A stretch of DNA of 64,000 nucleotides from Octopus vulgaris (GCA_951406725.2 OX597825.1:34286001-34350000), one strand, 5' to 3'. Shown: positions 49,126-62,243, counted from the stretch's first letter. The notes: a model not told the origin generated them from the letters alone. Made by a program: numbers and translations.

Positions 49126-49447
49126 AGCTACAAGTATATTAAATCTACTTAAGTTAATTATTTTCTTTTCTATGTTTGTCAATTTTTGAGATTATTTCTT
49201 GCTTTATTTTTATGAATAGTTATTTTTTAGTGGCTATGGAGTTGGGAGGGGTATAAGTATAATGTTGTTTTTTGTATATGCCTAGAATTGGAGTATATTC
49301 AGTAATAGGGGCTGGTTGGTTTTCTGATTCTGAATATACATTAGGATCTGTTTGTGCAATTGCTCAGAGTATTTTATGAGGTTAGTACATCATTAATTTT
49401 AATAAGCTGGTTGTTATTAGTGGGTAGAATTAATTTCTTTTATTATT

Positions 49448-49803
49448 TTCTTCTTTTACTTGTTTCAGTCATTTGACTGTGACACCAACTTAAAGGGTTG
49501 TAAAGGCTGAAGAAATTGCACCCAAGACTTATTCTTTATAAGCCTAGTACTTATTCTGTCAGTCTTTTCTGCCAAACCACTAAGTGTTGAGGGCAGCAGA
49601 CAAACACAGACACATGCACAAATATATACATATACATATATATATAATATATATACGATAGGCCTCTTTCAGTTTCTGTCAACTTTGGTTGGCCTGAGGC
49701 TATAGTAGAAGACACTTGCCCAAAGTGTCACACAGTGGGACTGAACCCAGAACCATGTGGTTGGGAAGCAAGCTTCTTACAATATAGCTACACATATGCC
49801 TAT
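49448..49803 (-). mobile_element. SINE family B inside the NUMT
   Basis: Same sequence family as 22778-23162 and 51618-52005. Confidence 0.82.
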
Positions 49804-50019
49804 TTAGTTAGGTTATTAAAATATCAATAAGTGTGTTGTTTTTTTTTTTTTTGTAATTTTTCTATATTTATAATATGAGTCATTTCTAGTATTGCAGAGA
49901 CCATCAGGCCCCATTTGATTTTGCTGAAGGGGAATCAGAATTGGTTTTTGGTTTAAATGATGAGTATGGGGCAGTTAGTCTTGCATTGTTATTTATGGCT
50001 GAATATGGGAACATTTTAA

Positions 50020-50231
50020 TGCAGTGAGCTGGTAGAAAAGTTAAGCACGCTGGGTGAAATGTTTAGCAGTATTTCATCTATCTTTACATTCTGAGTTCAA
50101 ATTCCACCAAGTCCGACTTTGCCTTTCATCCTTTCAGGGTTGATAAATTAAGTACCAGTTGTGTACTGTGATCTATCTAATCGACTAGTCCCCTCACTCA
50201 AAATTTCGGGCCTTGTGCCTAGAGTAGAAAA
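50020..50231 (+). mobile_element. SINE family A inside nad1 NUMT
   Basis: TSD GAATATGGGAA(C/T)ATTT duplicates nad1 sequence on both sides. Confidence 0.88.
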
Positions 50232-50479
50232 GAATATGGGAATATTTGGTTTATGAGATTTTTGTGTGCTGTTTTGTTCTTTGGGTGAGAGTTTTTCATT
50301 ATTTCTAAAGAATTATCTGTTTCATTGGTGGTTGGATTGTTAAGGGTTTTATTTAATTGTGTTCATGCAAATTATCCTCAGTATCGTTATGATTTATTAA
50401 TGTATCTAATTTGGAAGAGTTATATGCTGTATGTATATTTTTTATAATATATTATTATTAATATCAGGAAATCAATATT

Positions 50480-51045
50480 AGAAAATTCTTCAGAAAGATA
50501 TATACGTGTGTAAAATAATTGTTGTACTAAAAATATAAATATATATAGATATATGAAAATATGTATAAGTATAACTATATAATATATATTAGTTTCAAAG
50601 TTTTGAATTAAGTTTTTAAAGAATCTTACGATCATTTTGCGGAAGTGCTGTCTCTAAAAGGGAATCCTATATTGATAAGCATTTATAAACAACTCTTCTA
50701 TTCTTCAGCGATATAAAATTTGAATTTTGTATAATATGATAATATAAGTAATATGATAAAATGGTGTTTGGATGAAATATAAATTAAAAATTAAAAATTA
50801 CTGTTTTTGATTTTGGTAAGTACACTTTAGTATGAGAGTCTTTAAATCCATATATGCTTCCTTGGAAAGTCTTCTGTAATAATCCATAATAGTTATGTGT
50901 AAAATCCATTATATTGTCCTGTATTCCAAATATAGTTCATAGACTTAGATAATATAGAATAATGGAATCCTATATTGATAAGCATTTATCGATAACTCTT
51001 CTGCTCTTCAGAAATATCAAATGTGAAATTTGTATAATTTAACGA
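50480..51045 (-). mobile_element. Probable Penelope-like terminal repeat remnant with ~75-bp direct repeat and decayed hammerhead
   Basis: GGAATCCTATATTGATAAGCATTTAT...TTTGTATAAT at ~50661-50735 and ~50964-51038; minus strand has CUGAAGA...CUUCCGC-AAAA-UGAUC-GUA-AGAU (50623-50712). Confidence 0.5.
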
Positions 51046-51189
51046 ATCGTACTTTATGCTGTATGTATAAATAATTTTAGTTCTTGTAAGGGGTTTTAGT
51101 AAATTGATATATTTTTCATAGATGAAGAAATAGTTTAATTAAAATAATAAAATTGAAAGTTATAGATTAAAAGTAACTTTATTTTTTGA

Positions 51190-51540
51190 TATGGCATTAA
51201 TAATGTATTTTCATTTGGGGATTTCAATTACTAGGATATTAATTAAATTCAGCCTTTGCGATTAGGTTTTATGATCATTTTGATAGTATTGAATTTGGGG
51301 AGGATTTTTTTGTCGATGATGCTACTTTAAGTCGATTTTTTTTCATTCTTTGTTGCCCTTATTATTGTGGGTTTGGTTATTTCTATATTTTTTTGCTTAT
51401 ACATGAGGGGAGTTCAGGTATTCCTTTAGGTTTAAACAGTGATTTACATAAGATTCCTTTTCATCATTATCATAGATATAGAGCTGTTTTAGGTTTTCTT
51501 TTCATATTATTTGCATTAGTTGAATTAAGTTTATAAAATA
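51190..51540 (+). pseudogene. cob: NUMT: mitochondrial cytochrome b fragment
   Basis: WGGF.VD.ATLSRFF, HEGSSG.PLGLNSDL.KIPFH motifs at ~51295-51470; frameshifts and deletions. Confidence 0.88.
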
Positions 51541-51617
51541 GGATCCATTTTTTAATTGTTATGCCAAAAGTTGCTTGTTATGTTTATTTTCACACCAAAT
51601 AATAAAAATAATGACTT

Positions 51618-52005
51618 GGTGCAGGAGTGGTAATTAGCTTGCTTACCAACCACATGATTCCGGGTTCATTCTCACTGCATGGCACCTTGGGCAAGTGTCT
51701 TTCACTATAGCCTTGGGCCGACCAAAGCCTTGTGAGTGGATTTGGTAGACGGAAACTGAAAGGAGCCCGTCATATATATGTATATATATATGTATGTATA
51801 TATATATATATACATGTGTGTGTATATGTTTGTGTGTCTGTATCTGTCTCCTCCGCCCCCAACATTGCTTGACAAAGTTTGGCAAAAGAGCCCTGATAGA
51901 ATAAATACTAGGCTTACAAAGAATAAGTCCTGGTGTTGATTTGCTTGACTAAAGGTGGTGCTCCAGTATGGCCACAGTCAAATGACTGAAACAAGTAAAA
52001 GAGTA
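51618..52005 (+). mobile_element. SINE family B, full length
   Basis: GGTGCAGGAGTGG head with B-box-like GGTTCATTCTC, internal (TA)/(TG) tract, GAAACAAGTAAAAGAGTAAA tail. Confidence 0.88.
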
Positions 52006-52817
52006 AAGAGTAAAAGGAGAGATAATTAATATAATCTTAGCCTGAAATTGGAGGGGAAGGGGTAGACAATTACATCGACCCCAGTGCGCAGCTGCTACAT
52101 AATTTATCGCCCCCGAAAGGATGAAAGGCAAAGTCAGAAAGGCAGAACGTAGTGGCAGGTGAAATACCACTATGCATTTTGACCAGCATACTAATGATTC
52201 TGCCAGTTCATCACCTTAATTAATAATTAAAATAATAAATACAACTGTTCAGCATCAAATATTGAACTGTGAATTATATTAAGGAAAATTAATCGAAGAT
52301 ATTAAAATTTAATAATTTAATGGAATTGAGCCTTAAAAATATTATTTCCAAACTTATTGTATGAAAAAATATCTCTTATTCTTATTTTTCCTTAATATAA
52401 CGTATTACAAAAGAAAGACAAATAAAAGAATAAAATCAGGATAAAAAAAAAGATAAAAGGAAGAGAGAAAGAAAGAAAAAGAGAAGGAAGAGAGACAAAA
52501 GAAACATCAATGCAGTACAAAGTGCTACATTTGGTCTCACACCACAAATTTTAAAGGAAACTACAGTTTGCCAAACCAATGTTTTATATAAACTATTATA
52601 ACAGTTATGATTATAAATACTTGTTTATTTATAGGAGTGTATATAAATTGTGTGGCAGGGGCTGGTATTTGTTTAATTATTTCAGTGAAAACATATTTCA
52701 AATATTCTATTAGGTTTTTGAAGTGTTGACACTGAGGGTTGTTTTATGTATCTGTTTTCTTTAGATATAATTAGATTGAATTTTTAGAAGAAAACACTTT
52801 CAAGTAAGTTATCTTAA

Positions 52818-53259
52818 TCACTTATGGCAAGATTCCATATCAATATACATGCCATTTTTACCAGAGCATAAATCATTTTCAGCTGAATTTACATAATATC
52901 CTTCATTCTCAGTGAAACGTAAATCACTGTGAACAGTATCTGAGCCATTTTCATATTTATCATTTACATTTGAATATATATCCTTTTTAGCCATATACAT
53001 ATATTCTTCAACATTATCATCAACCATACATAAACCTTTTGCAATTGAATATACATCAGTGGAATGCAATTCCCTTTCCATCATGCAAGGATTATTTCTA
53101 ATTGAATGTGCATTACTTGGGGGCAATATCTTTGCTACTTGCTGTTTCAAAGTATTGTTTGGTTGTGATTCTATCTCCTCTGGTAAAAAGGTCCTTGTGG
53201 TCATCTTCTCGGTCATTTCTTCAGATATCACATTTGATTTAGATTTCTTGTACCTGTGT
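52818..53259 (-). CDS. Terminal coding exon: tyrosine-motif-rich cytoplasmic tail of a single-pass membrane protein
   Basis: Branch point CTAAC plus TTTTCTTAG acceptor, open frame HRYKKSKSNVISEE...GMYIDMESCHK-stop; phase 2 fits the upstream TM exon; AATAAA on minus near 52625. Confidence 0.82.
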
Positions 53260-53799
53260 CTAAGAAAATGTTAGCATATTTAATCAGACAACATTAAGTA
53301 GATTTTAGAATTAAATTTTGTTAATAATCACAAAAAAAAATAATAATACTTCTTACTAATTTTGTTTTATAATGATAATGATGGTTTCAAAATTAGGAAC
53401 AAGGCCAGTAATTTGGGGCTGGTTGTGAGTCAATTGGTACATATATTAACCCCAGAAGAATGAAGCACTAATTTAACTTCAGTGGTATTTGAACTTAGCA
53501 TGTAAAGATCCAGAAGAAATGCTGCTAAATATTGTATTTAACATGACAACAACTGTCAGTTTGATTAATCCTAATAATAATAGTAATAATCTTTTTTATA
53601 GGCTCATGGTCTGAAATTTGGGAGGAGAGGGTTAGTCAGTTGCAGTGACTCCAGTACTCAGTTGGATGAAAGGATGAAGGGTGAAGTTAGCCTTGATGGT
53701 ATTTGAATGCAGAACATAAAACCAGAAGAAATACTGCTTAGTATTTCGTCTGACATGGTAACACTTCTGCTAACTTAACACCTTATCACAGCCTATGAA

Positions 53800-54335
53800 A
53801 AAAAAGATGTGGTATGAGAAAACCCCAGAAGAAATCACCAAGATGAAAAGTGCAAAATCTTGTGGGATGCAATGATTCAGTGCAATCACCTGACCAGACA
53901 TTGGAAACTGAACATTGTTGTGGTGGAAAAAAAAAGGAAGACCATGCATGATAATCAACATAGCATGACCCGGTGACAACAGGATCAAAGAGAAAGAAGA
54001 GAAACTGAACGACTACGACAATTTGAAGTGGGAAATACTAAGGTTGTGGTCAATGAGGAGAGTAGATGTGGTACCAATTGTAACTGGTGCACTTGGAAGT
54101 ATCAGCACTCAACTACCAACTCAGATCAAAAGGATTGATACAAATGTAAAAGTAGAAGAACCTAAAAAAATCATCATTGCTTGAAACTGCAAGAATTCTT
54201 TGCAATGTCCTTGAAGCATGACCAGCAAACAAGTGTCACCTTAGTCTGCTGGCTGTGGACAGCTGACACTTTCCATCATACCCAGCAAAATCATCACTGA
54301 GTTTTCATCAAACAATAATGATAATAATAATGATA
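53800..54335 (+). mobile_element. R4/Dong-like LINE 3' end (RLE domain) in intron
   Basis: KILWD, IINIA.PGD, VVPIVTGALG, LLETARIL-like remnants; (TAA)n tail. Confidence 0.72.
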
Positions 54336-54344
54336 TTAATGATC

Positions 54345-55700
54345 TTGTTTTTATTGGCCACAAGATCTGAACACAAAACATACAGGGATGATGCAATGCA
54401 AGGGGAGTTTAGCACAACAATTTGTACATACAATTAAACAATAAAATAAAATTCTCCACATAATGGGAGTTCATCCTAAGAGCAACCAAGGAACTCCACA
54501 CATTTTCCTCACCCTGACTTCCAAAGGCACCTCAAGCAAGCACCTCTCATCTTCTCAACCCTCCTGGCTTACAAGTGTATGTTCAGAGTAGGCCCATTCA
54601 CATGGATCATCCTCACTATATTCACCCACCATTCAACAACAATACTAGGAGGCAGCACTTTCCTCAGCACCCTCATTTTCCTTTTCAAGTGGAACTTGAG
54701 AAAGTAAATGAGGGCTCAGCTGAAGAGAAAGTACCTGTCTTCAATCCTTTCAACCATGCCCACCACACTTCCTCTTTCGCCATAGCCATCAGACAGAGGA
54801 AAACTACCTTCCCTTCGTGGCCAAAAGAAGATGGCAGGGTGATCCTCATGATGGAGTCGTCTGATAACCAGATTTGTCCTACATGCATCAACAGCTTTTT
54901 GACAATGCTCCACAAATTTGAAATGAGTGCATGCAGAGAAGTTTCATTGCCCTATCCACATCTAGGACATGTCTGTCTGATGGCACTTCCAAGCTTGTAA
55001 AGCTTGTCTTGAACTGGCAGAGCTCCCAGGTAACACTATTAGGCCAAGGATTTCTGGAAATTATAGACTCCAGCCTGAAATTGCTCAATAAAAGACCAGA
55101 TAATTGATCCTTCCTAGAATTCCTCTGAAGGCATCGTTGCTCTTGCCCACCACTAATCTTCTATAGAATTCCAATGTAGAATTTCCACTGACTACATTGC
55201 CTGACTAGCAGAGGGCTGTGAGACCCTGTTTTCACTCCAGATGCAAAGTGCCCTTTCTTGATCTATGCTTAATTCAGGACTGTAGCTCCATCAATGAGAC
55301 AAGCTGCAGAAAATCCTGACTGATAAATGGTGGGCACACCTGCTCACCATCAAGGTAGTGCTAGATGTGTTGCAGACTCAGTACATGTCTGCATATCATT
55401 AGCCATGGCATTCCCAGTCCCCCACTCAGCACCTGTTGACAGCAGATGGACCGACTGAGGAGTGAGACATGTCCCTTCCACAGGAAGTGGGAAGAGCAAG
55501 TGATCCAGCTGATCAACCAGAAAACAGGGCAAGGGACAACAGTCAGATAGTAGTAGATGACAGTAGTGATGACAGCTTTCTCTCTGCTTATTTCTGGGGG
55601 AGACTGGCTACCCAGTTTGTCACCCACTCCAAGCTCTTGTCCAACAGGAGGTCCAGACCAAACAAGACCCAAAGCAATTTAACCAGTCCTTCTGTCTAGT
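54345..55700 (-). mobile_element. Degraded LINE 3' region, possibly L1/Tx1-like
   Basis: Fragmentary ORFs (LTWELCQ-, AKEEVWW-like segments) and AATAAA-type end near 54350; clade is a guess. Confidence 0.45.
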
Positions 55701-55735
55701 GTTCTACAAGTAAGATGTAGTCTTATATTACATAC

Positions 55736-55802
55736 CTGGTAACTATGATACATAATATACAAAGCAGGACTATTATTGGTATAAGAACACTGCAAAGAAT
55801 TA
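55736..55802 (-). CDS. Transmembrane-helix exon (VILCSVLIPIIVLLCILCIIVTR)
   Basis: Acceptor TTTCTCTTAACATTTCAG, donor AG/GTATGT, 67 nt, phase 1 to 2, uninterrupted hydrophobic stretch. Confidence 0.85.
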
Positions 55803-56658
55803 CTGAAATGTTAAGAGAAAAATGGAAAGCATTAAAAAAGAGAATTTGCTTGTTTGATTTTTTGCTTCTTTAATGGTCAAACATTTCAACAATTTGTAGC
55901 TTTTTTGTTACCTTTAATATTATTTGAATTCATTCAAACACCATGAATCATTTTAATCACCTTTCATACTGTATTTAGGAGGAGAGCCATCTCAAATATT
56001 CTTTCTCTGAAGTCATTGTTCTGATGAACATTAACCCAATTTGCTGCTTTCTCACTCCTCACACATCATCTGGACTGATTCGGGAGTCTGAGGTATTCTG
56101 TCATTCTGAACAGTAGACACTGAATCCACACCTCCATCCAGTATGAAAGTAACTGAATTTACCACCAATCCACGCTGTAGGATCCTAGCAACTAATTACC
56201 AGAGAGCAAAAGAGACAAATCAAGGAATCAGCATGTAATTGCAACCAAATGTTCCTCGAATCACACTGTATCATCTTAAGAAGGTAAGAAACACTGCAAA
56301 AGCATGGAGTTAACCGAAAAAAGCAACTACCATCTAATCAATCTAAAACAGTTACAATATGGACAGCTGTTATTTCACGAGACATTACTGTTTGTTAAAA
56401 AGATTGCTTCAAATCCATGTGATTCCAGGTTCAATCCCCCTCTGCAAAATCTTGGGTTGGTGAATAAATAGTTTTGTGTTGACCAATATCTTGTGAATGG
56501 TAGACAAAAATTGCAATGAATTCTGTTGTGTATGCTATTTGTTGGTTTGTATGTCTGAATGTTTATATGTACATAGGTAGGTAGGTATGTACATATACAT
56601 ACATATATATATATGCTAGCATGGAAAGCGTCGTTAAACGATGATGATGATATATATA

Positions 56659-57220
56659 GCAAATAAGAAAATGGAGGAGAACAATAGTTGGTTCATCAAA
56701 TTTAGGACATTAAAAATGTTAACTTATTTATTTATTAATTATAACAACATACATACACATATTCTATGCATATAAGATAAGGATACAAGTAATTATTTAA
56801 AAACATGAATATAAATTACTAAAATAAGTTACAGCTGTTTCAGCCCATAGATAAAAGTATCTCATTCTGCCTATATTAGTCAAGTGTATTGAGGTAATAG
56901 GCAGATGAAAATGAGGTACTTATATATATATATATATATCTAGGCTACCTTATTTTCATCTACCTATTACCTGAATACACTTGACTAATATAGGCAGAAT
57001 GAGATACTTTTATCTATGGGCTGAAACAGCTGTAAGTTATTTACTAATTTATATTCATGGTTTTTAATCATTACTTGTATCTTTATCTTATATGCATAGA
57101 ATAATATACTATATGTATATATGTTATTATAATTATCAGTTTAATAAATAAATAAGTTAACATTTTTAATGTCCTAAAGTTGATGAACCAACTATTGTTC
57201 TCCTCCTTTTTCTTATTTGC
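56659..57220. repeat. ~260-bp inverted repeat (56659-56918 / 56946-57220) of a Penelope-like terminal repeat related to 46110-46400
   Basis: Arms are reverse complements with (TA)n spacer; contain GAAACAGCTGTA hammerhead 3' half as at 46302. Confidence 0.9.
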
Positions 57221-57400
57221 AATATAAATTAATGGTAAAATATCTCTTTACCTTCACCTATTTAATACACTAGGTAATGTTATTGCATTGCAATAATTAA
57301 AACTTGTGTATTAATAATTGGGTATTCTACCAACAGTATATTTGATAGATATTATCCCTTAGTGGGATGGATTCACAACCCCTAACTTTCTTGGAGTTAT

Positions 57401-57407
<7 letters not shown>

Positions 57408-57492
<85 letters not shown>
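57408..57492. repeat. (TA)n microsatellite
   Basis: Seen directly. Confidence 0.98.
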
Positions 57493-57495
<3 letters not shown>

Positions 57496-60400
57496 TGTTT
57501 GTATGTGTATGGGGGGTGTATAAATTACATGCACATACACATGCCATCATCAACATCTTATGTCCGTTTTCCATGTTGAGATGGCCTGGATGGTTTGACA
57601 GAATCCAAGAGATTAAAGGATGATGTCTTGCTCAGATATCTCAGGTTCAGCATGGTTTTTACAGCTGGATAATCTTCCTAATTCAAACCACTTTACAAAG
57701 TGTACTGGATGCAGGTTTTCTGACATCGACACTAGAGAGGTTGTCATGCTTTTGTGTCATCTCAGCCATGCACCGGCTGAAAGGGAGAATAAGAGGAAAA
57801 AGGATGACTCTAGGTGAGGTGTTGAGGGAATAGTTAAAATAGGGTGGAAAGAACACTTTTATTGTTGTGAGACAGCAATTGTCAAGAGGAAACAATATTG
57901 GATTGGTGTAATGGAAATGACATAAGGAGATGGAAGGAAAAGATTAGTGTCACTGGTTAGTCATAGCAGGAGAGAGAGAAGGAGAGAGTTGGAGAAAGAA
58001 AGAGAGAGAGCGAGAGAGAGGGGGAGAGAAGATGGATGATGGGATAGGTTAAATAGAAGGGAAACCAGTACTGTGGTGACTCATCACATTAAGCTCTAGA
58101 GGAATGGCTAATTACTCTAAAGCATTAACTAACTAACTACAATTAGGAGAGAATACTGTACCAACATCGACAACAGAATATATGCAATTGACCTGGAAAC
58201 TTTCGCTATAGCTGTAGGCAAACTGTATAATGGGAAGGTACCTGGAAGAGATCTAATAATTGGATATTGGTACAAGTGGCTGACATTTTACAGAAAGCCA
58301 TTAATATGTATATTCAAAAGTCTATAGAAGGTCAGATTAACATATCAAATTGGCTTGGATGAATATTGTGGCCCAGAACGAAACTACTGATTTGGCAACA
58401 AAATATCATTCCATTGCTTCCTTAAACATTATATACAAACACACTATCAGAACTCCAAATATAACCTCCTGTGTTACCCTACTAACAAGAGAACATTCCA
58501 ATACACAAGATATGTTTAAGGAATAGTATGAAATTCATTTGGAGAGTGAATCATTCAAGAAAAAGAACTCAGATGAAAAAGAGCTGGAATAATTTATTAA
58601 ATCAAAGAAAAGAAGCATACAGGAAAGCAATTAAAAACGAAAATTTAACAGACACATACGCACAATAGATAAACCAAGAACCAGTGATTTTTCCACAAAA
58701 ATTTCGTCCCAAGAAAATTACATCAGAACCAAATGAAGAAACAAAAGCCAGAATAAATCTTGCGCACCAAAGATTCAAAGCATACATTAACATTCTAGAG
58801 CTTTGCACGCGTTGCTTTAAAGTGAAACTCGGGATATGTGACACCTTAATGCAAAAAGAAATCTCTGAACAAAGCAACGGAAAATTACTTGAAAAACTAC
58901 AATGACATAGAGATACAAGAAGCCAAATCAAATAAAATACTTGAGTCGAAAAGTCGATGGCTGCAAAACTGTGAATAGAGATTCATGAAGAGACAAACCT
59001 TTTTTCATAATAACAAGAACAAAAAGAAACATAACCCCGTCCATACCAGTTTCCCCCCTACAGAGAGGTACAGAGATGTAAGATGAAAATGTAAATCCCT
59101 TCATTCATGAGTCTCTCTGCTGAAATGATGGACAAGAAACAAAAATGTAATTTGAAAAAAAAATATTTTTAAATAATGAAACAAAAAGCAGTGCAGGGAA
59201 AAGTTTAAAGTCTGATAAATTCACAGAAAAAAAGAAACTCACAGTTATTGTGATTATTTAAAAGACATTTTGGAAGAAAAGATAATATTCAGCAATGCAG
59301 TGCTCTGCAAGTGGTATACTGCTGCTCATTTGTGTGCCACAAGATGATGCTAGATGTGCCGCAGTGTAACCTGAATATAATCATTTTCCTTATAATTTTA
59401 GTTCTAGTTCTAGTTCAGGTGTGCCACCGAATTTTGAAAAGAATGTAAGTATACCACAAGTGTAAAAAAGCTTGAGGTCTACAGGAGGCGAATTCCTAGC
59501 TAAAAAGTATTTAGTGGCACAAAATGTTTGGAAATTCCTCGCTGAAGAAAATTCCCTGGCGATATATGATAAATAAGGCAGTATTGTTTAGTTTGAAATC
59601 ACTGCTCAATGTTTATTGTTTTGCTTCTGAAGTGAATTTAAAGCACAAGTGTGAACAAGACTTTTGCTAGAAACAACAGTTCAATTTAACATTGTCACAA
59701 GTATGAAAACCAGTGTTAAAGCTCTAACAATGAAGATTATAATATTATTCTGCTTGTTCCTGTCTGTTTTTTTTTCTGTGTGTTACACTTTGGTCATCAA
59801 GGGAAGTTATAACACAAATGTAGAAATAAACGTACCAAAAGAGAAGAAGGGGAGAAAGGGAAACAAAGAAACGGGAATAGTAGGATCAGTGAAAAAATAA
59901 GGAAAATATAATATCAGAAAAAGATTGAGCTAAACGAGTCCTATCTTGTGGATCTTTATCTATCTGGGTAGCAAGCATGATGGTAGAATATGAGAGATAA
60001 TTGGTTTCTCATAAATGTCCAGATTTTAAGTTGGTAGAACTAATTTACAGAAAAGGTTTTGCGAGTAAATTTTTAAACTAGCAAAAGTTCAGTTTGGATA
60101 AACCAAATGTAGTGTGATTCAAGACAGTATATAATTATATAAATCTGGTTATAAAGACCAATTCATCAATGTAAAAATTAAATCAAAGAAAAGTTCATTT
60201 GGGAAATACATTTCAAAAGGATTTAAGAATAGTGTATACAACTTGTTATGAGGACTGCAACTAAAATAAAGCAAAAGTAGGTGTAACTTTTTAAGTAACT
60301 GACATAGGTCATTCACATTGTATATGTTGGTACAATAACACTTCCATAGTAATGCTTCTTCCTTGTATTATTCCTCTTCATTAAGGCAGCAAACTGGAAG

Positions 60401-60899
60401 GATTGTTAGCTGGATGGACAAAATACTCAGCAGCATTTTGTCCATCTTATGTTCTGAGTTTAAATGCTGCATGAGTTGACTTATTCTTTTTTGGTCAATG
60501 AAATAAGTACCAGCTGTGCAGTGGGAATCACTGAAATCAACTAGCCCCCTCCCCCAAAATCTCAGGCATTGTATCTATAATAGAAAGGATTATTCTTCTT
60601 CATTGTAAACAAATAATAGGTTTCAAGGAGAAATAGTGTACTGTTACTGAGTTCTTGACAAAGTGGGACTGCAGGCTGAGAAGGCTACAGGTTGTTGACA
60701 GTGATGACACAATTCACGTAGCGATCACTGAAAATAAAAATGGGGAAAAATATGATAGGAGAAGAAGATTGAGCTAAACAAGTCCTATCCTGTGTATGGA
60801 CAGTTGGATGAATATGAACAATGTTGATAGATGGATGAAGAGGTTTATAGAAGGGGGCACAAGCATTCCATATACACTTTAAATCAAAGAAATACATAC

Positions 60900-61007
60900 C
60901 AACAACTGATGTATTTTCCTCTGAATCTGTTTGATCATCTGTTGTAGTAATTATGTTAGAGGTACTGCCATATGGAATATATGGAATAGTTGGTTCCTTA
61001 ACAATAT
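60900..61007 (-). CDS. Ser/Thr/Pro-rich stalk exon (IVKEPTIPYIPYGSTSNIITTTDDQTDSEENTSVV)
   Basis: Acceptor TTTTTTTTAATGCCCAG, donor G/GTATGT, 108 nt phase 1-1, joins in frame to the TM exon. Confidence 0.75.
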
Positions 61008-61109
61008 CTGGGCATTAAAAAAAATGTCAAGCGGATAAATCTTTCACCTTTTACTAAATGTATATATACATATATATGTAAACACACATATATACATACA
61101 TATATACAT

Positions 61110-61157
<48 letters not shown>

Positions 61158-61159
61158 CA

Positions 61160-61428
61160 CACAAATGAGAGAGATGATCACTATGTGGACAACCCTTATG
61201 CTAGAAATAGATCCGCTGTGATTTTACCACTAAGAAATGTTCCCAAGAAAAATGAAAAGGAACAAAATATAAATTATCTATATTTTGTTACTTTACATTT
61301 GTGTTGCTCGTTTACATTCTGGTGTTTGCTAAATTTTTCTTGAAGAACATTTCTTAGTGGTAAGACCACAGTGGATCTACTTCTAGCATAAGGGTTGTCC
61401 ACATAGTGGTCATCCCTCTCATTTGTAT
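61160..61428. repeat. ~95-bp inverted repeat (61160-61253 / 61333-61428)
   Basis: CACTATGTGGACAACCCTTATGCTAGAA versus TTCTAGCATAAGGGTTGTCCACATAGTG; adjoins (TA)n. Confidence 0.88.
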
Positions 61429-61762
61429 ATAATACAGTTTACTGAACCTTCAGATTTTTAATATGCTAGACCACTGGTGTTAAATTGATGTTAGTTTAAT
61501 TAAATCAATATCCAATTTCTCACCCTCATTTTAAATTGATATATAAACATTTCCTTTTATTCTTTTACTTGTTTCAGTCATTTGACTGCAGCCATACTGG
61601 AGCACCACCTTTAGTTGAGCAAATTTATCCCAGGACTAATTCTTTGTTAGCCTGGTATTTATTCTATCGGTCTCTTTAGCTGACCCACTAAGTTACGGGA
61701 TGTAAACACACCAGCATCAGTTGTCAAGCGATGTTGGAGGGACAAACACAGATACACAAACA

Positions 61763-61795
<33 letters not shown>

Positions 61796-61809
61796 CTATA
61801 TATATATAT

Positions 61810-61841
<32 letters not shown>

Positions 61842-62202
61842 ATGTGAAATTCTTTAAGTGAATAGATGCACACACTTGGGTGTATGCATTGACAGGTCAA
61901 CCAACACACCAACTCATCCCCATTCCCACCGGGAACTCCTTCAACACAAAAAATCTTGTTGCTTTGTTAGTAACTAGTCCCCACACCATCCTTTGACAAC
62001 CTATGTTGGTTTGCTTACATCCCTGTAACATAGTGGTTTAACAAAAGAGACAGAGAGAATAAGTACTAGGCTTACAGAGAATAAGTCCAGGGATCAATTT
62101 GTTTGACTAAAGGCAGGGCTCTAGCATGGCTACAGTCAAATGACTGAAACAAGTAAAAGCCTTAAAAAAAGCATTTGTGTATACATACATACATACACAC
62201 AT

Positions 62203-62243
<41 letters not shown>

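Larger units (their letters stand above)
49170..50460 (+). pseudogene. nad1: NUMT: mitochondrial NADH dehydrogenase subunit 1 pseudogene interrupted by two SINEs
   Basis: With invertebrate mito code: GVYSVMGAGWFS (~49290), [27 protein letters not shown] (49910-50020), YRYDLLMYLIWKSY (~50380-50420). Confidence 0.92.

Noticed and set aside
49170-51540. Functional mitochondrial genes or mtDNA contamination
   Set aside because: Frameshifts, deletions and nuclear SINE insertions with TSDs show a nuclear pseudogene.
59923-60795. 28-bp repeat GATTGAGCTAAAC.AGTCCTATC.TGTG at ~59923 and ~60767
   Set aside because: Too short and isolated to interpret; likely old repeat remnant.
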